64,000 nucleotides of DNA from Clostridia bacterium (GTDB lineage: Bacteria > Bacillota > Clostridia > Christensenellales > Borkfalkiaceae), in NCBI GenBank assembly GCA_017536305.1, contig JAFXHR010000020.1, positions 5,088 to 69,087 of the forward strand. Direction: 5' to 3'. Made by a program: the position numbers and the translations under genes. The notes under the pieces are model-generated. The model worked only from the letters and a program-made list of their open reading frames with translations, did not search any database and was not told the DNA's origin. This document shows, piece after piece, positions 43,559 to 53,019 of the stretch; position 1 is the stretch's first letter; every line of letters begins with the position of its first letter.

Positions 43559-45883
43559 ATGAAAAAAATCGTACCCGAATATTCGTTTTCGGCGGAACAA
43601 TTAAATACCATCACCGCCTTAGCGAAACAAACGGGTATGACGGAGCAAATCACGCGCATATTATACGCGCGCGGTATTGACACGCGCGAAAAGATTACGC
43701 AATTTATGTACCCGTCGCGCGAGCATTTTCTTTCCCCCTTTTTAATGCGCGGTATGCGCGAGGCGGTGGATATGATAACGCGAGCGCGCGAGCTTGGTCA
43801 AACGGTTGCGGTGTTCGGCGACTATGACGCGGACGGCGTGTGCGCGTCGGCGATTATGTACCATGCCTTAAAGGAATTTGGTATCGACGCGCATATTTAT
43901 ATTCCCGAACGCGCGGACGGCTACGGACTTTCCGTAGAGAGTATCGATAAAATTTTTGAAGAATGTAATCCCGAGCTGTTTATCACGGTGGACTGCGGTA
44001 TTTCTAATGCACAGGAAACGCAATATATTTACGAATTAGGCTCGGACGTTATCGTAACCGACCATCACGAGCTCCCCGAAACTTTACCCGATTGCGTTAT
44101 CGTCAATCCCAAGCTCAAAGACGATTATCCTTACGATAACCTTTGCGGAGCGGGGGTAGCGTTCAAGCTTGCCTGTGCGTTAATCGGCGAAAAAGCCTAT
44201 CAATATTTAGATTTTACCGCGCTTGCGACGGTCGCGGACAGCGTACCCTTATTAGGGGAAAACCGCGCGCTCGTTACCGAAGGCTTAAAGCTTTTCAATG
44301 AAAATTTACGCCCTTGCTTTACTTCGCTTATCGGCAAGGTATACGACAAAATCACGGCGCAAACGCTGGCGTTTAACCTTGCGCCCCGCGTCAACGCCGC
44401 GGGCAGAATGGGGGACGCGCAGTCCGCATTCCGATTATTCACCACGGACAAGGAAAGCGAAATTTACGATTTATCCGTCAAGCTTTGCTTATATAATACC
44501 GAAAGGCAAAAATATTGCGACGAGCTGTACGCGTCCGCAAAACAAAAACTCCTTAAAAAGGGGGTATACGGCAACGTCATTATGCTTTCGGACGAGAGCT
44601 GGAATACGGGCTTTATCGGTATCGTTGCGGCGCGTTTGGCGGAAGAATACGCAAGACCTACTTTGCTGTTCGTCCACCACGGCGATATGCTCAAAGGTAG
44701 TGCAAGAAGTATCGAAAGCGTGAATATATTTAACGCCTTAAAAAATTGTAGCGAATATATCGAAGAATTCGGTGGACACGCACAAGCGGCAGGGGTAAAT
44801 TTACGCATAGAAAATTTTGAGAAATTAGAAAACGCGTTAAATCAGGAAATCGGTAACAACTACCAACGCGAGGACTTCGAACCGAAAATTTACGTCAGCG
44901 AAGAAATCAACGCCCGTTTTCCCGAAAAGCTGGCGCGCGAAATCGTCCGTATGGAGCCGTTCGGCGTAGGGCATCGCAGACCGCTGTTTATGCTCTCGGC
45001 AAACGCTTGCGTGGCAAAGCCCATCAAAAACGGCTCGCCCCACTTATCCATCAAGAGCGATTATATTGATTTGACCTATTTTTCAGGGTTAAAAAACTTA
45101 AAAATTATCGAGAGCGACGTGGATAAGAAAATCGTATTTGAAGTGAGCGTTTCTCATTTCAAAGGCAGAGAATATATCAAAGGCTTGGTATGCGATTTAT
45201 CCTACGACGGAAGGACGGGTAAAAAGACTGCGGAGAGCATTTTTGCCAACGCGCTGTCGCGTTCGCAGGCGAATACGCCCACCTTTGAAAAGACGGTGCT
45301 TTCCACCGCGGAAATCAAAGCGCTCATTGAAACCAAGCGCAAGGAATGTGCGTACGGGCTTTGCTTAATCGCCTCGGATAGACGAACGCTGAAAAACTAT
45401 CCCGAGTTAGAAGATATGGAATGTGCACTTTTCGAGCCGACCGCGCGCAACGTAGCCAACGCCTTAATCGTGTCGCCGACGGCGGATGCTCCCTTACACG
45501 GGTATAGGGAATTCGTATTTTTGGATACTCCGTCCGACTTTAATATCCAAGCTTTAGACGGCAAAAAAGTATACGTCAACGGGGAGCTTTGCGGATATAC
45601 CATGCTGGAACGGCTGTCCGTATCGAGAGAGAGCCTGCTTGAAATTTTCTCCGCACTTAGACGAGAAGTGAACCTGCTTTGCGGAACGACGGCGGAAGAG
45701 ATTGCCGTTTTTTGCGACGGCTTAGGCTTTGACAAACGGGATTTTATATTCGCCTTAAACGTTTTTGAAGAGCTGGGGCTCGTCGCCTTTCAAGACGGTA
45801 GACTTACCGTCTATCGCGGTATCAAAGCGGAGCTGAGCGATTCGCCTATTTATAGAAAAGTATGTTTATTACAGCAAGGATAA
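43559..45883 (+). CDS. recJ: Single-stranded-DNA-specific exonuclease RecJ
   Basis: DHH motifs VFGDYDADGV, TVDCG and VTDHHE, plus a DHHA1 GGHAQAAG region. ATG 43559 with AAGGA RBS. Confidence 0.92.
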   Translation: MKKIVPEYSFSAEQLNTITALAKQTGMTEQITRILYARGIDTREKITQFMYPSREHFLSPFLMRGMREAVDMITRARELGQTVAVFGDYDADGVCASAIMYHALKEFGIDAHIYIPERADGYGLSVESIDKIFEECNPELFITVDCGISNAQETQYIYELGSDVIVTDHHELPETLPDCVIVNPKLKDDYPYDNLCGAGVAFKLACALIGEKAYQYLDFTALATVADSVPLLGENRALVTEGLKLFNENLRPCFTSLIGKVYDKITAQTLAFNLAPRVNAAGRMGDAQSAFRLFTTDKESEIYDLSVKLCLYNTERQKYCDELYASAKQKLLKKGVYGNVIMLSDESWNTGFIGIVAARLAEEYARPTLLFVHHGDMLKGSARSIESVNIFNALKNCSEYIEEFGGHAQAAGVNLRIENFEKLENALNQEIGNNYQREDFEPKIYVSEEINARFPEKLAREIVRMEPFGVGHRRPLFMLSANACVAKPIKNGSPHLSIKSDYIDLTYFSGLKNLKIIESDVDKKIVFEVSVSHFKGREYIKGLVCDLSYDGRTGKKTAESIFANALSRSQANTPTFEKTVLSTAEIKALIETKRKECAYGLCLIASDRRTLKNYPELEDMECALFEPTARNVANALIVSPTADAPLHGYREFVFLDTPSDFNIQALDGKKVYVNGELCGYTMLERLSVSRESLLEIFSALRREVNLLCGTTAEEIAVFCDGLGFDKRDFIFALNVFEELGLVAFQDGRLTVYRGIKAELSDSPIYRKVCLLQQG

Positions 45884-45886
45884 AAG

Positions 45887-48031
45887 ATGGAAACAACGTT
45901 AGATAAAATTAAACAACTGTATACGGCGGAAGATAGAGAGAAACTTATCAAAGCCTACGACTATGCCAAAGAGGCGCACGCAAACCAAAAGCGCGCGTCG
46001 GGCGAGCCGTACTTTATTCACCCCTGCGAAGTAGCGAATATTTTAATGGACTTGGGGCTGGATTGTGCCTGCGTGGTGTCCGCGCTTTTGCACGACGTCA
46101 TTGAAGATACCGCCTCTACGGAAGAAGATATACGCCGAGAATTTGGGGAAGAAGTATTACAGCTTGTGAGCGGTGTTACCAAGCTTGAAAAAATCGTATT
46201 CAAATCGCAGGAAGACGCGGACGCGGAAAATTTCCGTAAAATTTTCGTCGCGATGGCAAAGGACGTGCGCGTCATTATTATTAAATTAGCGGACAGATTG
46301 CACAATATGCGTTCGCTCAATTTCCTTTCGCACGAGCGCCAACAAAGAATGGCAAGCGAAACGCTGGAAATTTACGCACCCTTAGCCGGTCGGCTCGGTA
46401 TTTCGCAAATCAAGTGCGAGCTGGAAGATTTATGCTTAAAATATCTCGACCCCGAGTCGTACGAATATTTATTATACAATATCCGCGAACGCCTTTCCGA
46501 GCGCAAGGATTTCGTCGCGCAAATCGTGGAAGAAATCAAAGCGCTTATGGACAAGGACGGCGTAAAAGGGGAAGTGTTCGGACGACCCAAGCATTTTTAT
46601 TCCATCTATAAAAAGATGAAAAACAAGGGTAAAACGCTCGACCAAATCTACGACTTAACGGCGGTGCGCGTCATTGTCAAGGACGTGCGCGAGTGCTATA
46701 CCGTGCTTGGTGAAATCCACGAAAAATGGAAACCTATCCCTGGTCGCATTAAAGACTATATCGCAACCCCCAAGCCCAACAAATATCAATCCTTGCATAC
46801 GACGGTTATGACCAAATACGGTCAGCCGTTTGAAATCCAAATCCGCACCGAAGAAATGCATAAAATCGCGGAATTCGGTATCGCGGCGCACTGGAAATAT
46901 AAGGAAGGCAGAACGGATACCGAGCAGGGCGAAATTGAAAATAAGCTTGCTTGGCTTAGAGAAGTGATGGAATGGCAGGGCGACTTAAAGGACTCCAAGG
47001 AGTTCATCAGCGCGCTCAAAACGGAGCTTTACAGCCACGAATTGCTCGTCTTTACGCCCCGCGGAAAGGTCATATCCCTGCCCCCCGAGGCAACCCCCGT
47101 AGACTTTGCTTACGCCATTCACTCGGAAGTAGGCAACCGTTGCACGGGCGCGCGCGTCAATTCAAAAATCGTACCGCTTACGACGACATTAGAAGTGGGG
47201 GACGTCGTGGAAATTATCACGTCGCCCAACTCCAAAGGCCCGTCGCGCGACTGGTTAAAATTCATTAAATCGTCCAGCGCAAAAGCGAAGATTAAACAAT
47301 TCTATAAAAACGAATTAAAGGACGAAAATATCCGTATCGGTCAAATCAAGCTGGACGAAGAGGCGAAAAAACGCGGATTTTCCTTATCTACTTTATTGAC
47401 CGCGGATAGCTTTAAGCGCATTTCCGAGCGGTTCTCGTTCGGCGCGGAAGAAGAAATGTTCGCGGCGGTGGGTTACGGCTCTATCTCCGTTAATCAAATT
47501 TTATTCAAGCTGATTGATTATTACCGCAAGGAAACACCGCTTGCCTTAGATATCAAAGCGGGCGATACCAACCGCTCGCTCGGCGGTGTGCTCGTGAACG
47601 GCCAAGCGGGTATGCTCGTCAAATTTGCCGGCTGTTGTTCGCCCGTCCCTGGGGACGAAATCGTGGGTTATACTTCGCGTGGTCGCGGAGTGGTGATTCA
47701 CCGCCACGATTGTCCGAATATCAAGGGTATAGATGGAGCGCGCTTGCTCCCTGCGTCGTGGAGAGTGGAGGCAGGTACGAAACAACGCTACAACGCGAAC
47801 GTTGCCATTCGCGCCACCGAGCAAGGCTCGGCACTTTCCGTTTTATCACAGGTAGTTGCCGACTTAAAACTCTCTATCACGTCGGTCAACGGTCGTATTG
47901 ATAAGAACGGCGACGCAATTTTAGAGGCGTCCATCTCCCTAACGGACATAGCGGAAGTGGATATGCTTATCAAAAAGATGCAAGCGGATAAGAGGATATA
48001 CGAAGTCCACCGCATCACGTCTTTAAGCTAA
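45887..48031 (+). CDS. relA: Bifunctional (p)ppGpp synthetase/hydrolase (RSH)
   Basis: HD hydrolase LLHDVIEDT, synthetase GRPKHFYSIYKKM...YQSLHT, and TGS and ACT-like C-terminal domains. Confidence 0.95.
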   Translation: METTLDKIKQLYTAEDREKLIKAYDYAKEAHANQKRASGEPYFIHPCEVANILMDLGLDCACVVSALLHDVIEDTASTEEDIRREFGEEVLQLVSGVTKLEKIVFKSQEDADAENFRKIFVAMAKDVRVIIIKLADRLHNMRSLNFLSHERQQRMASETLEIYAPLAGRLGISQIKCELEDLCLKYLDPESYEYLLYNIRERLSERKDFVAQIVEEIKALMDKDGVKGEVFGRPKHFYSIYKKMKNKGKTLDQIYDLTAVRVIVKDVRECYTVLGEIHEKWKPIPGRIKDYIATPKPNKYQSLHTTVMTKYGQPFEIQIRTEEMHKIAEFGIAAHWKYKEGRTDTEQGEIENKLAWLREVMEWQGDLKDSKEFISALKTELYSHELLVFTPRGKVISLPPEATPVDFAYAIHSEVGNRCTGARVNSKIVPLTTTLEVGDVVEIITSPNSKGPSRDWLKFIKSSSAKAKIKQFYKNELKDENIRIGQIKLDEEAKKRGFSLSTLLTADSFKRISERFSFGAEEEMFAAVGYGSISVNQILFKLIDYYRKETPLALDIKAGDTNRSLGGVLVNGQAGMLVKFAGCCSPVPGDEIVGYTSRGRGVVIHRHDCPNIKGIDGARLLPASWRVEAGTKQRYNANVAIRATEQGSALSVLSQVVADLKLSITSVNGRIDKNGDAILEASISLTDIAEVDMLIKKMQADKRIYEVHRITSLS

Positions 48032-48260
48032 ACGACGTATCTACGTCGCAATACAGCGTTGTCGCTCGCTTACGTACTAACGGTACGCGCGCTCGCGACG
48101 CCTTGTCTTGCTCGTATCTCCGCCGTTTTACCAGCTATATCGGTACGCACGCGCCTTCAAGGCTCCTTGAACTGCTCGTATCTCCGCCGTTTTGCCAGTA
48201 TTTCGGTAAAATTGTATCTTGCTTTGTTTTTATCGCTCGGCTCCAAGTTTATAAATAACC
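48031..48260 (+). repeat. Mosaic palindromic intergenic element, copy 5 (modules H-B2-partial B1-tail)
   Basis: H is CGACGTA-TC-TACGTCG from 48033, 1 nt after the relA stop. B2 matches copy 2, followed by a partial B1. The 15-mer CTCGTATCTCCGCCG occurs at 48111-48125 and 48175-48189. Confidence 0.85.
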
Positions 48261-48273
48261 TTACAGGATTTTT

Positions 48274-48894
48274 ATGCAAATACACGTCATCTATCCCCGC
48301 GGATTTGGCGCAAATACCTATGCGCTCACCACGGACAATCAAACGGCGGTGGTTATCGACCCGTCCCAACCCCGCGTATTCGACGAATTGAAAAACAAGG
48401 GTTTACAGGCGAAATACGTCCTTTTAACCCATTGTCATTTTGACCATATCGGCGGTGTGGAATTATTGCAAGAACAGGGCGCGAAAGTGCTTTGTTTGGA
48501 CGCGGAAAAACCGCTCTTTGGCACGACTGCCGACCTTTGCGGGCTGTTCGGCGCACCGCCCGTTACCTTTACCATAGACAAAACCCTGCGCGATAAGGAA
48601 GAAATCGAACTTTGCGGTATGCAAATCCAAGCCCTGCACACGGCGGGGCATACCAAAGGTAGCGCGTGCTTTTTAGTAACGGACGAGCAAGGCCGAAAAC
48701 ACCTGTTCACGGGCGACACGCTGTTTGCAGGCAGTATCGGCAGAACGGATTTTCCGACGGGCAATCTTGGCGAATTGCAAGCGAGCCTGCGCCGTTTATG
48801 CGCCTTGGACGATATGCCTATTTACGCAGGGCATAACGAACAAACTACGCTAAATACAGAAAAGCAAACGAACCCTTTTATTTTAGATTTATAA
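48274..48894 (+). CDS. MBL-fold metallo-hydrolase (glyoxalase II-like)
   Basis: THCHFDHIGG metal-binding motif. 206 aa. Confidence 0.85.
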   Translation: MQIHVIYPRGFGANTYALTTDNQTAVVIDPSQPRVFDELKNKGLQAKYVLLTHCHFDHIGGVELLQEQGAKVLCLDAEKPLFGTTADLCGLFGAPPVTFTIDKTLRDKEEIELCGMQIQALHTAGHTKGSACFLVTDEQGRKHLFTGDTLFAGSIGRTDFPTGNLGELQASLRRLCALDDMPIYAGHNEQTTLNTEKQTNPFILDL

Positions 48895-48904
48895 CGGACG
48901 AAAA

Positions 48905-50278
48905 ATGCAACTGACGACGAATTGTACCTTTTTGGAAAACGAGCTCTTAGACGCGGTGCGCCTGTTCAAAACGCGCCCGCAAACGATTACGCACGCCTTT
49001 ACGTATAAAGACGGCGTATTTTTTAATGATTTTACTATCGACGACGAAACTTTTTCCTTCCAAGATAGGGGGCAGGTATTAAACGAACTCGTTTACAAAC
49101 GCTTGGAACGCCGATTTGCCAAGCTCCGTTTATACGAAATTTTAAGCGAAAAGTATGGCGTAAAAATGCCGTGGGGCGCGCTCACGGGTATTCGCCCGAC
49201 CAAGCTTGCGTATACCGAGATAGAAAACGGTGGGGATTATAAAACGCTCTTTCGCACTATGCACGTCAGCGAAGAAAATATACGCCTTGTCGAGCAAAAT
49301 ATCAACACCCAAAAAGGTATTTATGAAAAAAAGGACGGCAATACCGAGCTGTTCGTATCCCTGCCTTTTTGTCCGAGCAAATGCGCGTATTGCTCGTTCA
49401 TTACCGCGCCGATAGACAAAACGAGGCACTATATTCCCGCCTATCTCGACGCTTTGGAAAAGGAACTTTCAGGCGCAAGCGCGCTCGTAAATAATTTGCG
49501 TGGCGTGTATATCGGCGGTGGCACGCCCTTTGCCTTGGAAACGGTCGATTTGGAACGGGTGCTGAAAGCAACCGCGCCCATTTTTGCACAAAACGAACGG
49601 GCGGAATATACCGTCGAGGCAGGCAGACCGGACGTTTTTACGGACGATAAATTAAAGCTGTTAAAGGACTACGGCGTGAACCGTATTTGTATCAACCCCC
49701 AAACTTTTTCGGACGAAACGCTACGAAAAATCGGCAGAAAGCACACGGTCGCGGACTTTTATAACGCGTACGCGCTGTCGCAAAAATACGGCTTTATCGT
49801 CAATATCGACCTAATCGCCGGTCTTACGGACGAGAGCGTGGATAGCTTTTTAGACGGCGTAGAAAAAGCCACGGCTTTGCAAGCGGATAATATCACGGTG
49901 CATTGTTTGTCCTTAAAATCGGGTGCAAAGCTCAAAGAAGAGTGCTCGTATATCGAAAATGTGGAAATATCCGATATGCTCGCGCGCTCGCGTAGCATTT
50001 TAAAAAAAGGCGGATACGCGCCGTATTATATGTACCGTCAAAAATACCAAGCGGGCAACAACGAGAACACGGGCTGGACGAAACCGGATAAAGCCTGCGT
50101 ATACAATATCGACGTGATGGAAGAAACGACGGATAACTTAGCGGTGGGCGCGAACGCCATATCCAAGCGCGTTTACACGGCGCTTGGAAAAATCGAACGG
50201 CTGGGTTCGCCTAAGGACTTAAAGACGTATATTGAAAACGTAGACGAAACGATACGGAAAAAACGCGACTTTTTTTGA
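48905..50278 (+). CDS. Radical SAM protein, HemN/HemZ-like (oxygen-independent coproporphyrinogen oxidase family)
   Basis: CPSKCAYCSF (CxxxCxxC), then the GGGTP motif (YIGGGTPF). Confidence 0.7.
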   Translation: MQLTTNCTFLENELLDAVRLFKTRPQTITHAFTYKDGVFFNDFTIDDETFSFQDRGQVLNELVYKRLERRFAKLRLYEILSEKYGVKMPWGALTGIRPTKLAYTEIENGGDYKTLFRTMHVSEENIRLVEQNINTQKGIYEKKDGNTELFVSLPFCPSKCAYCSFITAPIDKTRHYIPAYLDALEKELSGASALVNNLRGVYIGGGTPFALETVDLERVLKATAPIFAQNERAEYTVEAGRPDVFTDDKLKLLKDYGVNRICINPQTFSDETLRKIGRKHTVADFYNAYALSQKYGFIVNIDLIAGLTDESVDSFLDGVEKATALQADNITVHCLSLKSGAKLKEECSYIENVEISDMLARSRSILKKGGYAPYYMYRQKYQAGNNENTGWTKPDKACVYNIDVMEETTDNLAVGANAISKRVYTALGKIERLGSPKDLKTYIENVDETIRKKRDFF

Positions 50279-50317
50279 AAAATGAGCCAAAAAAAGTAAA
50301 ATAGCGGTGCATTTTGG

Positions 50318-50346
50318 TTTACATTCTAAAAAGTTTGTGGTAAAAT
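50318..50346 (+). promoter_or_regulatory. Promoter of rpsO (TTTACA-17-TAAAAT), followed by an ~85-nt leader
   Basis: TTTACA 50318-50323 and TAAAAT 50341-50346. The leader may be the S15 autoregulatory region (not verified). Confidence 0.45.
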
Positions 50347-50430
50347 AGTAGCATACGGTCGCAAGGATTGACGATTCTCCACGTTTTTCTTTGAGAACCG
50401 AGAAACCATTCCATAGGAGGATAAAAGCAA

Positions 50431-50685
50431 ATGGAAAAGAAAGAAATTATTGCAAAGCACGCAACCCACGAAGGCGACACCGGTTCGCCCGAAGTTCAAA
50501 TCGCTCTTTTGACGGAGAGAATCAATCATCTTAACGAGCATTTGAAACAACACAAGCAAGACAATCACTCCCGTCGCGGTCTTTTGAAGATGGTAGGTAA
50601 ACGCCGTGGTCTTTTGGATTACCTGAAAGAAAAAGATATCGCAAGATACAGAGCAATTATCGAAGCGTTGGGATTGAGAAAGTAA
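50431..50685 (+). CDS. rpsO: 30S ribosomal protein S15
   Basis: [44 protein letters not shown]. Confidence 0.95.
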   Translation: MEKKEIIAKHATHEGDTGSPEVQIALLTERINHLNEHLKQHKQDNHSRRGLLKMVGKRRGLLDYLKEKDIARYRAIIEALGLRK

Positions 50686-50696
50686 GCAAAGCACGA

Positions 50697-50727
50697 AAGG
50701 GTGGGTATTTTAACTCGCCCTTTTTTG
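50697..50727 (+). terminator. Terminator/attenuator between rpsO and pnp
   Basis: AAGGGTGGGT-ATTTTA-ACTCGCCCTT (two G-U pairs) followed by TTTTT. Confidence 0.6.
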
Positions 50728-50858
50728 TCGATATATAGGGCTTAGGACAAGCTACGGCATAGCTTGTTTTCTATCCCGTATATCAAAACCCCCGTTTGTC
50801 GTTGGGCGACAAGCGGACAAGAACAAAAAAGAATAAACGAAAAGGAGAAAAATTAACA

Positions 50859-52958
50859 ATGCCGAACTTAGAAAATGCAAGAGTATTCAAAACAGACTAC
50901 GCAGGGAGAGAACTGATTGTAGAAATCGGTAAATACGCGGAACAAGCGAACGGCGCTTGTTTGGTACGTTGCGGAGATACGGCGGTACACGTATCCGTAT
51001 GTATGTCCGAAACGGCGAGAGAGGGTATGGACTTCTTCCCCCTGGCCGTTGACTATGAAGAAAGAATGTTCGCCGTAGGTAAAATCCCCGGCGGTTTCAA
51101 AAAACGCGAGGGTAGAGCGTCCGACAAGGCGATTTTAATTAGCCGTTTGATTGACAGACCTATCCGTCCCTTATTCCCGAAAGGAATTTTTAACGACGTA
51201 GTCGTCGTTGCTACCGCACTTTCGGTTGACCCCGATATCGCACCCGAACCGATTGCTATGCTCGATTCGTCCATTGCCCTTTCCATTTCGGACATTCCTT
51301 GGGCAGGACCTACGGGCTCGGTTATCGTTGGCTTGATTGACGGTCAATATATCATCAACCCCACGGTAGAAGAAAAGGAAAAGAGCACCATTCACTTGTC
51401 CTTAGCAGGTACAAAAGACGCTATCCTTATGATTGAGGCAGGCGCGAAAGAAGTTACCGACGCGGAAATGGTAGGCGCGATTACCTACGGCCACGAAGAA
51501 ATTAAAAAGGTATGCGCGTTCGTAGAAGAAATCGCGAAGGAAGTAGGTAAACCCAAGAAAGAAATGGAGCTTTACCATATCCCCGAAGAATTAGACGCAC
51601 AGGTAAAAGCATACGGCTACGACAAGCTCGTAAACGCGCTCGACACGTTCGACAGACAAGAAAGACAAGCTCGCCAAGCGCAAGCGGAAGCGGAAATTAT
51701 CGAGCATTTCAAGGAAATCTATCCCGACCAAATGCGCGAAGTAAAGGACTCCATCTACTATATCGTAAAGAATATCGTTCGTTCCAAGATTTTTGAAACG
51801 GGTGTTCGTCCCGACGGCAGAACGCTCAAAGAAATCCGTCCTATCTGGTGTGAACACGGTATCCTGCCCAGAGTACACGGCTCGGCGGTATTCACGCGTG
51901 GTCAAACGCAAGCACTCACGACCTGTACGCTCGGTATGCTCGGCGAAGCACAAAGAATGGAAGGTCTTGACGAAGAAGAAGAAAAGAGATATATGCATCA
52001 ATACAACTTCCCTGGATATTCCACAGGCGAAGCGAAAGCACTCAGAAGCCCCGGCCGTCGTGAAATCGGACACGGTGCTTTGGCGGAACGCGCACTTGTA
52101 CCCGTTATTCCCGACGAGAGCGAATTCCCTTACGCAATCCGCGTAGTGTCCGACATCTACTCGTCCAACGGTTCGTCGTCCATGGCGTCCGTTTGCGGTT
52201 CGACGATGGCGCTTATGGATGCAGGCGTACCCATTAAAGCACCCGTTGCAGGCTGTGCTATGGGTCTTGTTAAAGACCCCGAAACGGGCAAATACGTTAT
52301 CTTGACGGATATCCAAGGCTTGGAAGACTTCCTTGGCGATATGGACTTCAAGGTAGCAGGTACGGACAAAGGTATCACGGCTATCCAAATGGATATCAAG
52401 ATTAAGGGTATCTCCGAACAAATTATGCTTGACGCGATTGCACAAGCGCAGGACGCAAGAAAGGTTATTTTGGGCAAGATGCTCGAATGTATCCCTACGG
52501 TAAACGAACAGCTTTCCGTATACGCACCCAAGATTATCACCTTTAAGATTAACCCTGAAAAAATCGGCGACGTGGTTGGTAAGCAAGGTAAAGTTATCAA
52601 CAAGATTATCGAGCAAACGGGTACGAAGATTGATATCGAAGAAGACGGAACGGTATGCATTGCTTGCTACGGCGACGTGGCGAACGCGAACCGCGCGAAA
52701 GCAATCGTCGAATCCATTGCGCACGACCCCGAAGTGGGCGATATGTTCGTCGGCGTGGTAGTGAGAATTCTTTCCAAGGTTGGCGCGTTCGTAGAATTTG
52801 CTCCTGGTAAAGACGGTATGATTCATATCTCCAAGCTTTCCGAGCAAAGAGTAAACCAAGTAGAAGACGTACTCAATATCGGCGACAAGGTAAAAGTAGA
52901 AATTATCAAAATCGGCGAAAAGGGTATCGACTTGCGCTTGCTTGAAAAAATGGACTAA
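50859..52958 (+). CDS. pnp: Polyribonucleotide nucleotidyltransferase (PNPase)
   Basis: Two RNase PH domains, a KH domain (GKQGKVINKIIE) and an S1 domain. ATG 50859 with AAGGAG RBS. Confidence 0.95.
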   Translation: MPNLENARVFKTDYAGRELIVEIGKYAEQANGACLVRCGDTAVHVSVCMSETAREGMDFFPLAVDYEERMFAVGKIPGGFKKREGRASDKAILISRLIDRPIRPLFPKGIFNDVVVVATALSVDPDIAPEPIAMLDSSIALSISDIPWAGPTGSVIVGLIDGQYIINPTVEEKEKSTIHLSLAGTKDAILMIEAGAKEVTDAEMVGAITYGHEEIKKVCAFVEEIAKEVGKPKKEMELYHIPEELDAQVKAYGYDKLVNALDTFDRQERQARQAQAEAEIIEHFKEIYPDQMREVKDSIYYIVKNIVRSKIFETGVRPDGRTLKEIRPIWCEHGILPRVHGSAVFTRGQTQALTTCTLGMLGEAQRMEGLDEEEEKRYMHQYNFPGYSTGEAKALRSPGRREIGHGALAERALVPVIPDESEFPYAIRVVSDIYSSNGSSSMASVCGSTMALMDAGVPIKAPVAGCAMGLVKDPETGKYVILTDIQGLEDFLGDMDFKVAGTDKGITAIQMDIKIKGISEQIMLDAIAQAQDARKVILGKMLECIPTVNEQLSVYAPKIITFKINPEKIGDVVGKQGKVINKIIEQTGTKIDIEEDGTVCIACYGDVANANRAKAIVESIAHDPEVGDMFVGVVVRILSKVGAFVEFAPGKDGMIHISKLSEQRVNQVEDVLNIGDKVKVEIIKIGEKGIDLRLLEKMD

Positions 52959-52971
52959 TCCAAAGCATACA

Positions 52972-53005
52972 AACACCGACGGAGTACAGTCCGTCGGTGT
53001 TTTTG
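52972..53005 (+). terminator. Rho-independent terminator after pnp
   Basis: ACACCGACGG-AGTACAGT-CCGTCGGTGT followed by TTTT. Confidence 0.8.
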
Positions 53006-53019
53006 ATAAGGAAACCAAA

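Noticed and set aside
43282-43683. A 133-aa minus-strand ORF spanning the secF-recJ spacer.
   Set aside because: It overlaps the ends of secF and recJ and runs through the secF terminator and the degenerate repeat. It has no RBS and no recognisable motif.
51591-53018. A 475-aa ORF on the minus strand, antisense to pnp.
   Set aside because: It lies entirely opposite a PNPase gene with unambiguous domain motifs. It has no RBS, and its product is Arg/Phe/Val-rich low-complexity sequence. This is a typical shadow ORF created by the codon bias of the sense gene.
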